NCBI GenBank assembly: GCA_964370925.1
Contig: CAYJLH010000004.1
Span: 3,167 to 67,166 of the forward strand
Reading direction: 5' to 3'
DNA from: an uncultured Oscillospiraceae bacterium
GTDB taxonomy: Bacteria; Bacillota; Clostridia; Oscillospirales; Oscillospiraceae
Length of the DNA stretch: 64,000 nucleotides
The notes beneath the pieces were generated by a model. It had not been told where the DNA came from. It saw only the letters and a list, made by a program, of their open reading frames with translations, and searched no databases. The position numbers and the translations under genes were made by a program. Below, piece by piece: positions 56,090 to 64,000 of this stretch. The stretch's first letter is position 1. Each line of letters begins with the position of its first letter.

Positions 56090-57454
56090 CTAGATTGACG
56101 ATAAATATAGGTCTAACATTATCGCAACCATAATATTATATCTATATCTTGTTACTGGCTCTTCCTCTTCATTTTCAGCTAATTCTGTCGCTTCTTCCTT
56201 GGCAATTGTCACCTCATCGACTAGGCTCATATCCACAGAGTTTGAGCGAAATGTAGAAATTTTAATGCTGTCATCTGTTATTATTACATTTGAAATATTC
56301 GGCACATATTCCTGATTTGCAACCGCAACATAGTTAAAACTTGAAAGCTCGTTATGCAATCCATAATACTTGCTGCCACTAGTTGAATTTGCGGTGATAT
56401 AAAGCACTTCGCCCTCTTTTGGCATTAGTATATCACCAGATTTCGCAGGCTCACTTGGTATAACAGGGTTTGCGCCATTCATCAAATGGCTTCTCGTGTA
56501 AACATGGTCATGCCCTGTGAAAACCACATCAACACCAAGCTGACTGAACACAGGCACAAGGCTATCACGCATACTGTAAACTATTGGATCTTTTGCATGT
56601 GAACCCGCGCTATATGGGGCATAATGAGTGTATACAATCGCCCACTCGTGAGGAACAGCGCTCATAGTTTCTTGCATAAATTGTGCGTGGTTTGCCTCAC
56701 TCAAACTGCTATTCGTATTTAAATTCATAAATAGCACATCGCCTTGGACGAAATACGAGTTTGCACCGTCGACCCCTGTTTTACTAACTGTAGACCCATA
56801 TCCGCTTACGTTTGGCACTGCAAAATGGGCAGAATAAATATCACTGTTTACATCGTGATTGCCAACCGTGACAGCAACAGGAAATTTTCTGACCTGTTCG
56901 GGAGTTGTAAATGCGTCATATTCCGCCTCATTAGATGGGTTGTCTACTTGGTCACCCATGGACAAAACGAAGTCTGTTTCAGGGAATTTTGCTATTCCAT
57001 TTGAAATACTTGTGACCCAAGCATTTGTAAGTCCACTCAGATTGTATGTTCCAAATTGCGTGTCCCCTACCACCAGAAAATTGAGCTCCGCTTCAACATC
57101 GGTCGTGGTGAATGAATAAATTTCAGACCCAGTACTACCGCAGTAGACCTGATAGTAATAGTCTGTATTTTGTTCTAAATCTGTCGCTTTTGCAGAATAT
57201 CCGAAAGTTCCGGTTTTGCTTGCGGTTATTTCCGCCGTTAGTTCTGTCGCTTCGCTCATGTCAGCATTTCTTGAAATATACGCCTTGCTTCCCTCCGCTT
57301 TTTGATTGCTGTACCACGCGAACATGCGCTCTGTTTCGTCACTTCCAACCTGTAAAATAATATTCTCAGGAGCGATTAAGCTTGCGCTTGCAAGCACTCC
57401 TATATTTATAAAAGTCGAAAAAATTAGCGCCGTGCTTAAAAGTAGTTTTTTCAT
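56090..57454 (-). CDS. secreted metallophosphoesterase (purple-acid-phosphatase-like) with C-terminal hydrophobic anchor
   Basis: Signal peptide. GDTQ, GDQVD, GNHD, GHDHVY calcineurin-like motifs. Confidence 0.75.
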   Translation of the reverse strand: MKKLLLSTALIFSTFINIGVLASASLIAPENIILQVGSDETERMFAWYSNQKAEGSKAYISRNADMSEATELTAEITASKTGTFGYSAKATDLEQNTDYYYQVYCGSTGSEIYSFTTTDVEAELNFLVVGDTQFGTYNLSGLTNAWVTSISNGIAKFPETDFVLSMGDQVDNPSNEAEYDAFTTPEQVRKFPVAVTVGNHDVNSDIYSAHFAVPNVSGYGSTVSKTGVDGANSYFVQGDVLFMNLNTNSSLSEANHAQFMQETMSAVPHEWAIVYTHYAPYSAGSHAKDPIVYSMRDSLVPVFSQLGVDVVFTGHDHVYTRSHLMNGANPVIPSEPAKSGDILMPKEGEVLYITANSTSGSKYYGLHNELSSFNYVAVANQEYVPNISNVIITDDSIKISTFRSNSVDMSLVDEVTIAKEEATELAENEEEEPVTRYRYNIMVAIMLDLYLSSI

Positions 57455-57466
57455 ACATCCGTCCTT

Positions 57467-57820
57467 TTAATAGCTTTTTAAAAATGCCTTTATTTCTTTA
57501 ATCTCAGCCTCCGTTAGCTCTTTTTTCGAACCGAGCGCCGTCAAAAATTTCGCCAGCGAGCCATCGAAGTTGTCGTCTAAAAACTTCATACTCATAGTCG
57601 CCTCGAGTTCAGTTTTTGACACTAGTGAGGTTACTATACCGCAATCATTGCGAAAAATTTCCCTGTCGCAAAGTCGCTTTAGTATAGTGTATGTAGTTGA
57701 TTTTTTCCAGCTCAACTCCGCTTCGGCGATTTTAACCAAACCGCCCGAGGTCAATGGTTCGTTATCCCATATTAAGTTTGCAAAACGCATTTCAACTTCG
57801 CCTAGTCTATATTCCGCCAT
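57467..57820 (-). CDS. BlaI/MecI/CopY-family transcriptional repressor
   Basis: 117 aa winged helix (WKKSTTYTILKRLCDREI). Confidence 0.85.
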   Translation of the reverse strand: MAEYRLGEVEMRFANLIWDNEPLTSGGLVKIAEAELSWKKSTTYTILKRLCDREIFRNDCGIVTSLVSKTELEATMSMKFLDDNFDGSLAKFLTALGSKKELTEAEIKEIKAFLKSY

Positions 57821-57850
57821 AATTCTACCTCTTTCAAAGTTTTTAGCTAC

Positions 57851-57879
57851 AGTTTACACCATGTAGACCGATTTGTCAA
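57851..57879 (-). promoter_or_regulatory. promoter of the blaI-like operon with embedded TACA-N3-TGTA dyad
   Basis: Minus strand: TTGACA (57879-57874), 17 nt, TAAACT (57856-57851). Dyad TACAccaTGTA at 57855-57865. Confidence 0.45.
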
Positions 57880-57898
57880 TTATTCTCAATTAATAAAA

Positions 57899-57927
57899 TT
57901 GACAATCGAACTCACATTTATTATAAT
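57899..57927 (+). promoter_or_regulatory. consensus promoter of the divergent lipoprotein gene
   Basis: TTGACA, 17 nt, TATAAT (both hexamers perfect). Confidence 0.65.
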
Positions 57928-57961
57928 GGTTGCACATCAAAAATTTGACAGGAGACTTAAA

Positions 57962-59080
57962 ATGAAAAAGGTAACCCTTTCCATATTATTTTCTATTTTT
58001 GCTTTTTCAGCAACTGCTTGTGGAGCACCAGGTGCTGATGTTATAGTAACTCCCACACCCGAGCCAGAGGACAAGGTCTCGGAAATTGTTGACGATGCAT
58101 TGAATTTGGTCGACTCTACTTTAGACTTTGCCACTGATATTTTAGGTGGCGATGATGAAAATTCAGACAGTACAAATACAGATGTCGATACCACTAGCGG
58201 AGACAAAATCGGCGATATTGTCGACACTGCCTTGGATTTAACGGGTGAAGTTTTGGATGTAACCATTGACGTAGTTTCAGAAATCGGTAACAATGATGAC
58301 GACACAAATGATAATGGCAGAACTTGGCAAGACGAGGCAATAGCTGTCGCCACACAAATTCACACCGCTTTAAGCACGCATGACAGTGCTTTAGTGAAAA
58401 GTTTGTTCTCAACTAAAATTCAAAATATTTCAGATATTGACTCACAAATAGACAGTTTTTTGTCGAATTTTGATGGAAGTGATTTTGAGTATGAAGATGT
58501 AACAATTGAAAAACTTGAAAATGATGGTCTTGGAATTTGGGAAGATGTAGAAACTATTGCTACTTTTTTCGATGTCACGACAAATACCGGTAAGGAATAT
58601 GACCAAATTTCAATCGCTATGATTTTTTCCAGTGGTGAGGATGAATTAGTCGGCTTGAAGAGTATCACATTGATTGAGTCGAGCGGAAAAAGCGCTTTTT
58701 CACTCAGACCGCTAACTATAAATTTCTTCGAAGATATGGACGGAGATGACCTACCTGCTGAAATTGAAAATGCAATCGGCACTAGCGACACCATTTGGGA
58801 CACAGACGGCGACGGAATTCGTGATGTTAATGAATTTTTGCCCAGCGAAATGCTGTTTGGAGGCTCAAGCACAAAATATGTTGATAGACTTGAAATAGCC
58901 GAGGAGTATTTGAGCCGAAAAATCGAAACTCTTGTCATGGTCGACTCTTACCATCTTGGTGAGGAAATTTCTGTATATTACGACTACGATTTTGACGGAA
59001 ACGGCTACCTAAGCGAGGGTGAATATGACATGTTTTCCCAAAAACATGGAACTTTGCCCTCATATCGCCTAAATTATTGA
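57962..59080 (+). CDS. acidic lipoprotein with Ca-binding-loop-like motifs, function unknown
   Basis: ATG 57962. Lipobox SATAC. DTDGDGIRDVNEF and DYDFDGNGYLSEGEYD loops. Confidence 0.5.
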   Translation: MKKVTLSILFSIFAFSATACGAPGADVIVTPTPEPEDKVSEIVDDALNLVDSTLDFATDILGGDDENSDSTNTDVDTTSGDKIGDIVDTALDLTGEVLDVTIDVVSEIGNNDDDTNDNGRTWQDEAIAVATQIHTALSTHDSALVKSLFSTKIQNISDIDSQIDSFLSNFDGSDFEYEDVTIEKLENDGLGIWEDVETIATFFDVTTNTGKEYDQISIAMIFSSGEDELVGLKSITLIESSGKSAFSLRPLTINFFEDMDGDDLPAEIENAIGTSDTIWDTDGDGIRDVNEFLPSEMLFGGSSTKYVDRLEIAEEYLSRKIETLVMVDSYHLGEEISVYYDYDFDGNGYLSEGEYDMFSQKHGTLPSYRLNY

Positions 59081-59169
59081 TAATATTTTAACTTAACATA
59101 TTTACAATTATGTAATTTGGCTGTATAATGATTTAATGTATTAAACTAATAGAAAGTCTGAGGTCCACC

Positions 59170-61047
59170 ATGATTAACGCACTGGAAAATTTTATTTTAC
59201 CACCAGAGCTTGAGGACATTATTTACAAATGCAAAAGTGTTATTGTCCCCCAAAGCAAAAATAGCCTTTATCAGTTCATTTTCGGTAATGAATACATAGA
59301 CGAAATTGATGTCTATTATAAGATAGGTGACAAGAAAGTTCCCGAAGCCACGGTTACACGTTGTAAAAACGGCGCTGTTGTTAACTACTGCGAAGATTAT
59401 ATGAGACGACGTGACCCAAACTGCATGTATATTTCCGACGATAAGCCAACAGATAAGCCACTTTTTAGTGAGGCATTCGGCTATGACTTTTCGGAATTAC
59501 AAGAGGACACATTCAGCTGGCTAAAAAAACAGGAACTGATTATCGTTCCTTTCCGTGTTGGTAGTTTAGAATATGGCTATGACACATTGTTAGTTTGTCC
59601 AAGAAATGCGGCTTTCTTTGCTTTTGCGCTATCACAGCTTCAATTCTTCCTACCTCCACAATCAATCAGCAAATTTAAACCCAGAGCGATTGTCTACGTC
59701 GCTCCACCTTTTAGACATACCCATTTCAAAGGCAAACAAGTTTGTGTTCACAACCGCCTTGACGATTGCCACGAAATCTATGCATATAACCTCTACCCAG
59801 GCCCATCTGCGAAAAAAGGCATTTATAGTGTTTTGCTCGACATCGGTGAGCAAGAGGGTTGGGTAACTGCTCACGCATCCGCTTGTACGGTCATTACACC
59901 TTATGAAAACACGCTCGTAATGATGCACGAGGGTGCTTCCGGTGGTGGTAAAAGTGAGTTACTCCAAGACGTTAGACGTGAAATTGACGGTCGTGTTTTG
60001 GTCGGTGTTAACACGCTTACAGGCGAATCAACGCATATCACAATGAGTGATACGTGTACACTTATGCCGATTACAGACGACATTGCAATGTGTCACCCAA
60101 AATTCCAGTCTGACAGCGGAAAACTTGCTCTCTATGACGGTGAGGCTGGTTGGTTTTTGCGTGTTGACGGCATTACGGAATATGGTTCTGACCCACTTTA
60201 TGAGAGAATTTCTCTACATTCAAAAGAACCTCTTGTATTTTTCAATTTGCAAGCTGTTCCTCAGTCAACTTGTCTTTTATGGGAACACACTTTGGACAGC
60301 ACAGGCGAGCCTTGCCCAAATCCACGTGTTATCATCCCACGTGAAATGGTCAGCAATATAGTTTCTGAATATGCAGAGGTTGATGTGCGTAGCTTTGGTG
60401 TTCGTATGCCACCATCATATTCCGCAAAAGTCGACTACGGCATCATGGGACTAATGCAAATCGTACCCCCTGCTTTGGCTTGGCTTTGGAGACTTGTCGC
60501 TCCTCGTGGATTTAAAAACCCAAGTATCAATAGTGGTTCAGCACTTGTCAGTGAGGGTGTTGGCTCTTATTGGCCATTCGCAACGGGAAAACGTGTAAAA
60601 CAAGCAAATTTACTTTTGGAGCAAATTTTAAACACTCCAAATACAAAATACATCCTACTTCCAAACCAACATATCGGTGTTTATAAAGTTGGATTTAGTC
60701 CTGAATGGATTTCTCGTGAATATCTCGCACGTCGTGGTGGTGTTAATATGAAAATGGATAGACTAACACCTGCACGTTGCCCTCTAATGGGTTATTCCTT
60801 AAACGAAATGAAGCTTGACGGTCAAAAAATCCGTTCAAAATTCTTGCATCCCGAAGTTCAAGATACTTTAGGACTTGACGGTTATGACAAGGGTGCAAAA
60901 ATTCTTTACGACTTTTTTGCACAAGAGCTTGCACTATTCGATGTTGAAGACCTCCACCCTATCGGAAAAGAGATTTTAGAAGTTTTCAAAAACAATGGTA
61001 CAGTCAAAGACTACGAAGCAATTATTCCAATGGGTCTACCCAGATAA
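59170..61047 (+). CDS. uncharacterised 625-aa protein with HprK/PEPCK-like P-loop (possibly the DUF4914 family, from memory)
   Basis: MHEGASGGGKSELLQD Walker-A-like motif in mid-protein. No TM segments. Confidence 0.4.
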   Translation: MINALENFILPPELEDIIYKCKSVIVPQSKNSLYQFIFGNEYIDEIDVYYKIGDKKVPEATVTRCKNGAVVNYCEDYMRRRDPNCMYISDDKPTDKPLFSEAFGYDFSELQEDTFSWLKKQELIIVPFRVGSLEYGYDTLLVCPRNAAFFAFALSQLQFFLPPQSISKFKPRAIVYVAPPFRHTHFKGKQVCVHNRLDDCHEIYAYNLYPGPSAKKGIYSVLLDIGEQEGWVTAHASACTVITPYENTLVMMHEGASGGGKSELLQDVRREIDGRVLVGVNTLTGESTHITMSDTCTLMPITDDIAMCHPKFQSDSGKLALYDGEAGWFLRVDGITEYGSDPLYERISLHSKEPLVFFNLQAVPQSTCLLWEHTLDSTGEPCPNPRVIIPREMVSNIVSEYAEVDVRSFGVRMPPSYSAKVDYGIMGLMQIVPPALAWLWRLVAPRGFKNPSINSGSALVSEGVGSYWPFATGKRVKQANLLLEQILNTPNTKYILLPNQHIGVYKVGFSPEWISREYLARRGGVNMKMDRLTPARCPLMGYSLNEMKLDGQKIRSKFLHPEVQDTLGLDGYDKGAKILYDFFAQELALFDVEDLHPIGKEILEVFKNNGTVKDYEAIIPMGLPR

Positions 61048-61060
61048 TAATAGTAACATG

Positions 61061-61088
61061 AAAAAATCCGCTTTTTAGCGGATTTTTT
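61061..61088 (+). terminator. rho-independent terminator
   Basis: AAAAAATCCGCT-tttt-AGCGGATTTTTT. Confidence 0.85.
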
Positions 61089-61221
61089 CTCGTATTATTA
61101 AGTATTTTTACAATTTACAACAATTTTTTTATTAGAGTAAAAAAACTATTTACCAAATAGCCCCTTTTGTGATAAAATAGAGTAGGGAAAACCTTTTAAT
61201 TTGACTATGAGGAGAATATAT

Positions 61222-61596
61222 ATGATATCTAACGGAAGAAAAGTCCACCACATCAACATGCAAGTCCCTAATTTAGAAAAAGCAATTGAATTTTACACCA
61301 CTGCTCTCGGTTACGAAGTTAAGGCTCGTTATAATAACGGTATTCGTGACATAATTTTCATCACAGATGGAAATACCATTTTTGAACTTATTGAAGAAGC
61401 TTCACTTGAAACCTCTGTCATGGAGCATATCGCCTATGTTTCCGAGGATATTGAAGCGGAATATAAATATTTCCAAGAACTTGATAGTAGTATGATTCTA
61501 ACTGAAATCAAATACGTAGATTTTTTGAATATTTATATCTTTTTCATCAAAGGCGCAGGCAATGAGAGAATTGAATTTTGTCAGGAGAAAGGGTGA
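61222..61596 (+). CDS. VOC (glyoxalase/bleomycin-resistance) family protein
   Basis: KVHHINMQVPNLEKAIEFYTTALGYEV. ATG 61222 is 6 nt after GAGGAGA. Confidence 0.75.
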   Translation: MISNGRKVHHINMQVPNLEKAIEFYTTALGYEVKARYNNGIRDIIFITDGNTIFELIEEASLETSVMEHIAYVSEDIEAEYKYFQELDSSMILTEIKYVDFLNIYIFFIKGAGNERIEFCQEKG

Positions 61597-61601
61597 TTTT
61601 T

Positions 61602-62105
61602 GTGAATTCAATTTTTAAAAGACGAAGCGTTAGAGCTTTTACACAAAGAGAAGTTGAAAACGAGAAAATAGATCAAGTAATTAGAGCTGCTATGCAAGCT
61701 CCCTCCGCTGCAAATCAGCAGCCTTGGGAATTTATTGTCGTTAGAGGTGCTGAAAATTTAGAGGCACTTTCCTTATACAGCCCATATGCAGCATGTCTTA
61801 AAGGTGCTGATGTCGGAATTGTCGTCGTCGGAAACCAAAGCAAGTTTAAATTCCCCGATCTTTGGGAACAAGACCTAGCCGCTGCAACACAAAATTTGAT
61901 GTTACAGGCAACAGAGCTCGGTTTGGGAACTGTTTGGTTTGGAACTGCACCTGACACCGCTAGAATGTTGTATATCAAAAGGCTCTATAATTTAGCTGAT
62001 GACCTACTTCCTTTTAGTGTAATCGCAGTGGGTTATCCTCAGGACGAAAATGCAAATCAGTTCATTGACAGATATGATGAATCAAGAATCAGATATGTTG
62101 GCTAA
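61602..62105 (+). CDS. nitroreductase family protein
   Basis: FKRRSVRAF...APSAANQQPWEF. GTG 61602 follows the VOC stop and AGGAGAAAGGG (ATG 61578 is the alternative). Confidence 0.8.
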   Translation: MNSIFKRRSVRAFTQREVENEKIDQVIRAAMQAPSAANQQPWEFIVVRGAENLEALSLYSPYAACLKGADVGIVVVGNQSKFKFPDLWEQDLAAATQNLMLQATELGLGTVWFGTAPDTARMLYIKRLYNLADDLLPFSVIAVGYPQDENANQFIDRYDESRIRYVG

Positions 62106-62109
62106 AGCA

Positions 62110-62140
62110 GAAAATCCGCTCTATTTTGAGCGGATTTTTT
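62110..62140. terminator. bidirectional terminator
   Basis: GAAAATCCGCTC-6 nt-GAGCGGATTTTTT. Confidence 0.85.
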
Positions 62141-62146
62141 AATTTA

Positions 62147-63421
62147 CTACACTTCCTTAGGCAAATATTTCTTCGACATTTGAAGTAAAACTCCACCAAC
62201 AAGAAAAAATACAGTAATAGATAAAATTGACAGGGAACTACGTCCGGTTACACTTTTCGTGAATGCATACATCGCAGGCCCGAGAACTGATGCAAATTTA
62301 CCGAAAATCTCATAAAAACCAAAATATTCGTTTGATTTTTCCTTGGGCACCATCATACCAAAGTAAGAGCGTGAAAGTGCTTGAATTCCACCCTGAGCAG
62401 TTCCAACCAAAATTGCCAAAGCCCAAAACAGAACCAACGCTTGGGAGTTATTCAAATATCCTTCTTCAATTCCAAATCCCATATAAAAACCAAGCACACA
62501 AATCACCAGATAAATTCCTATCGCAAGGCTTATAATATTAAGCGTTCCAAATTTTCCGGCAAGTTTGCTGAACAAAATCGCAAAAGGAAACGCAACCAAT
62601 TGCGTCACCAATAGCGCCAAAATCATTCCAACAGAGTCGAGTCCCAATGATGCACCATAAGCCGTCGACATTTTTATAACCGTTCCAACACCGTCTATAT
62701 AGAAAAAGTATGAGACTATAAAAAGTGCAAGTCCACGATTTTTCAAAATTTCTCGAAAGCATTTATAAACAGAGGAAAATGCCTCTTTCACTTGTCCACT
62801 TTCGGGGATATCTCTGCCGTATGTTTGCTTGTAGTTTGTCAAAATCGGAATCGAAAATACTGTCCACCAAATTACGCAGAGTACAATTGAAATTTTTGTC
62901 GCTGTTATTGTGTCAATTCCTATAGACTCACCAAAGCTAATTAACAAAATAGAAATCACAAACGGAATCGTGCTTCCGCCTATATAACCCATAGAATATG
63001 CCCACGCAGAAACTCTATTCATGCGGTCCGGCGTTGTGATATCAGTTAGCATACTGTCGGCAAAAAGTAAAGAGCCATTAAATCCAACATTTGACAATAC
63101 ATAGCCAAGCAAAAGCAATTGCCAGCTGTTAAAAATTGCACATGACGCCGTCGCCACTAGCCCCAAAATCAAAAAAATCAAAAAGAGCTTCTTTTTGTAG
63201 CCTTTATAATCTCCAAAAGAACCTAAAATCGGAGCAAGTACAGCAGAAATTGAGGTTGCAATCGAACCACCAATACCCAACCACATATCCCCATCCCCAC
63301 CTGATACCATACCGGTGAAATACACAGGAAAAATTGCCGCGAGCATAATAGTAGCAAAGGAGGAATTTGCCCAGTCGTAGGTAATCCAGCTCTTTTCAAG
63401 GCGCGTGAATTTTTTGTCCAT
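62147..63421 (-). CDS. MFS transporter, UMF1/Atg22-like family
   Basis: WITYDWANSSFATIM N-terminal signature, ~12 TM. ATG 63421 after GGGAGA. Confidence 0.8.
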   Translation of the reverse strand: MDKKFTRLEKSWITYDWANSSFATIMLAAIFPVYFTGMVSGGDGDMWLGIGGSIATSISAVLAPILGSFGDYKGYKKKLFLIFLILGLVATASCAIFNSWQLLLLGYVLSNVGFNGSLLFADSMLTDITTPDRMNRVSAWAYSMGYIGGSTIPFVISILLISFGESIGIDTITATKISIVLCVIWWTVFSIPILTNYKQTYGRDIPESGQVKEAFSSVYKCFREILKNRGLALFIVSYFFYIDGVGTVIKMSTAYGASLGLDSVGMILALLVTQLVAFPFAILFSKLAGKFGTLNIISLAIGIYLVICVLGFYMGFGIEEGYLNNSQALVLFWALAILVGTAQGGIQALSRSYFGMMVPKEKSNEYFGFYEIFGKFASVLGPAMYAFTKSVTGRSSLSILSITVFFLVGGVLLQMSKKYLPKEV

Positions 63422-63527
63422 GTAAATTTTTCTCCCTAAATTAATCGTATTGCCTATTATATCAAAATTTTCCTCTTTTTTCAATTAATTTAGAGTAAAA
63501 TTAAAAATTTGACATGCATTTTACAAG

Positions 63528-63560
63528 AAAAATCTATGTGAAAAAATTCACATAGATTTT
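63528..63560. terminator. terminator after the MCP gene
   Basis: TCTATGTGAA-aaaa-TTCACATAGA flanked by A and T runs. Confidence 0.75.
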
Positions 63561-63579
63561 AGTTTAATTGTTTTATAAA

Positions 63580-64000
63580 TTAATATTCGTCTGTATTGTA
63601 TCCGCTGTAATCCGCCTCACTGAGAACAAATCCAGAAACAAGTTCATTAAGGATTTCAGATTGCCCTGAAAGTTCTTCACTCGCCGCCGCGCTTTCCTCA
63701 GCTGTTGCTGTGTTTGTTTGAACAACTGCGGAAATTTGTTCAATACCGTTACCGACAACCTGTGCGCCTGCCGACTGTGCAATTGCCGCTGAAGCAATGT
63801 TGTCAACTAATGTGCTTAGTTCGTCAGCATTTTTAATCGCTTCACTAATAGATTCAGATGTGTCATGTGCGATTTTGCTACCAACGCCGACAACCGCAAC
63901 CGTTTCTTCAATAAGCACAGCAGTGTCTTTTGCGGACTGTGCAGATTTTGTCGCAAGGCTACGAACTTCATCAGCAACAACAGCAAAACCTTTACCAGCA
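63580..64000 (-). CDS. methyl-accepting chemotaxis protein, C-terminal part (5' end outside window)
   Basis: The frame stays open to the window edge. Signalling-domain pattern GKGFAVVADEVRSLATKSAQSAKDT...EQISAVVQTNTATAEESAAASEEL. Confidence 0.85.
   Translation of the reverse strand, partial: AGKGFAVVADEVRSLATKSAQSAKDTAVLIEETVAVVGVGSKIAHDTSESISEAIKNADELSTLVDNIASAAIAQSAGAQVVGNGIEQISAVVQTNTATAEESAAASEELSGQSEILNELVSGFVLSEADYSGYNTDEY

Noticed and set aside
1-64000. CRISPR arrays, IS elements, prophage or defence islands
   Set aside because: I saw no direct-repeat/spacer periodicity. None of the ORF translations contains a transposase, integrase, nuclease-helicase, or phage structural or replication motif.

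Overview
This looks like a chromosomal window from a spore-forming Firmicute of Clostridia type. Supporting genes are spoIIAA-spoIIAB-sigF, a split transketolase, tungsten-type AOR and Hcp. I saw no rRNA, tRNA, CRISPR array, transposase or phage genes. About 55 protein genes are supportable.

In order, the window contains:
- A Val T-box leader with valS, then the sigF operon.
- A ~470-bp hairpin-dense non-coding element bounded by inverted copies of a 28-nt palindrome.
- A nitrogen-assimilation island. On the minus strand: pyrG, an ANTAR regulator and glnA. Divergent from these: asnA, a type III glutamine synthetase and an AmtB-PII fusion. The leaders contain terminators.
- A five-gene signalling operon: MBL hydrolase, GAF-HD-GYP, FecR-like giant exported protein, CHASE2 adenylate cyclase and an NHL/SLH wall protein.
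- Two MATE pumps flanking an XRE-cupin regulator.
- An AOR-MoaD unit behind a candidate Moco/Wco riboswitch.
- A nine-gene ECF-transporter operon with unusual exported accessory proteins.
- A Crp/Fnr (HcpR-like) regulator divergent from ferredoxin-hcp.
- Housekeeping and accessory genes: C11 peptidase, DUF1836-NfeD-flotillin, PepF, tkt-ptsI, a BlaI-family repressor with a metallophosphoesterase, an HprK-like P-loop protein, VOC, nitroreductase, an MFS transporter and a partial MCP.

The most unusual items are:
1. The ECF operon. It carries five exported YedY-like 'molybdopterin-binding' modules, an NPP-type phosphodiesterase lipoprotein, a MobB-like protein and a kinase-like protein, next to riboswitch-controlled AOR. 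I propose it as a candidate pterin-cofactor salvage system; this is inference.
2. The TIR-flanked hairpin element at 4549-5017.
3. The cyclic-nucleotide signalling operon.
4. ANTAR-style hexaloop hairpins overlapping terminators in three nitrogen-gene leaders.

All domain calls come from reading motifs by eye and from memory of family patterns. No searches were run.
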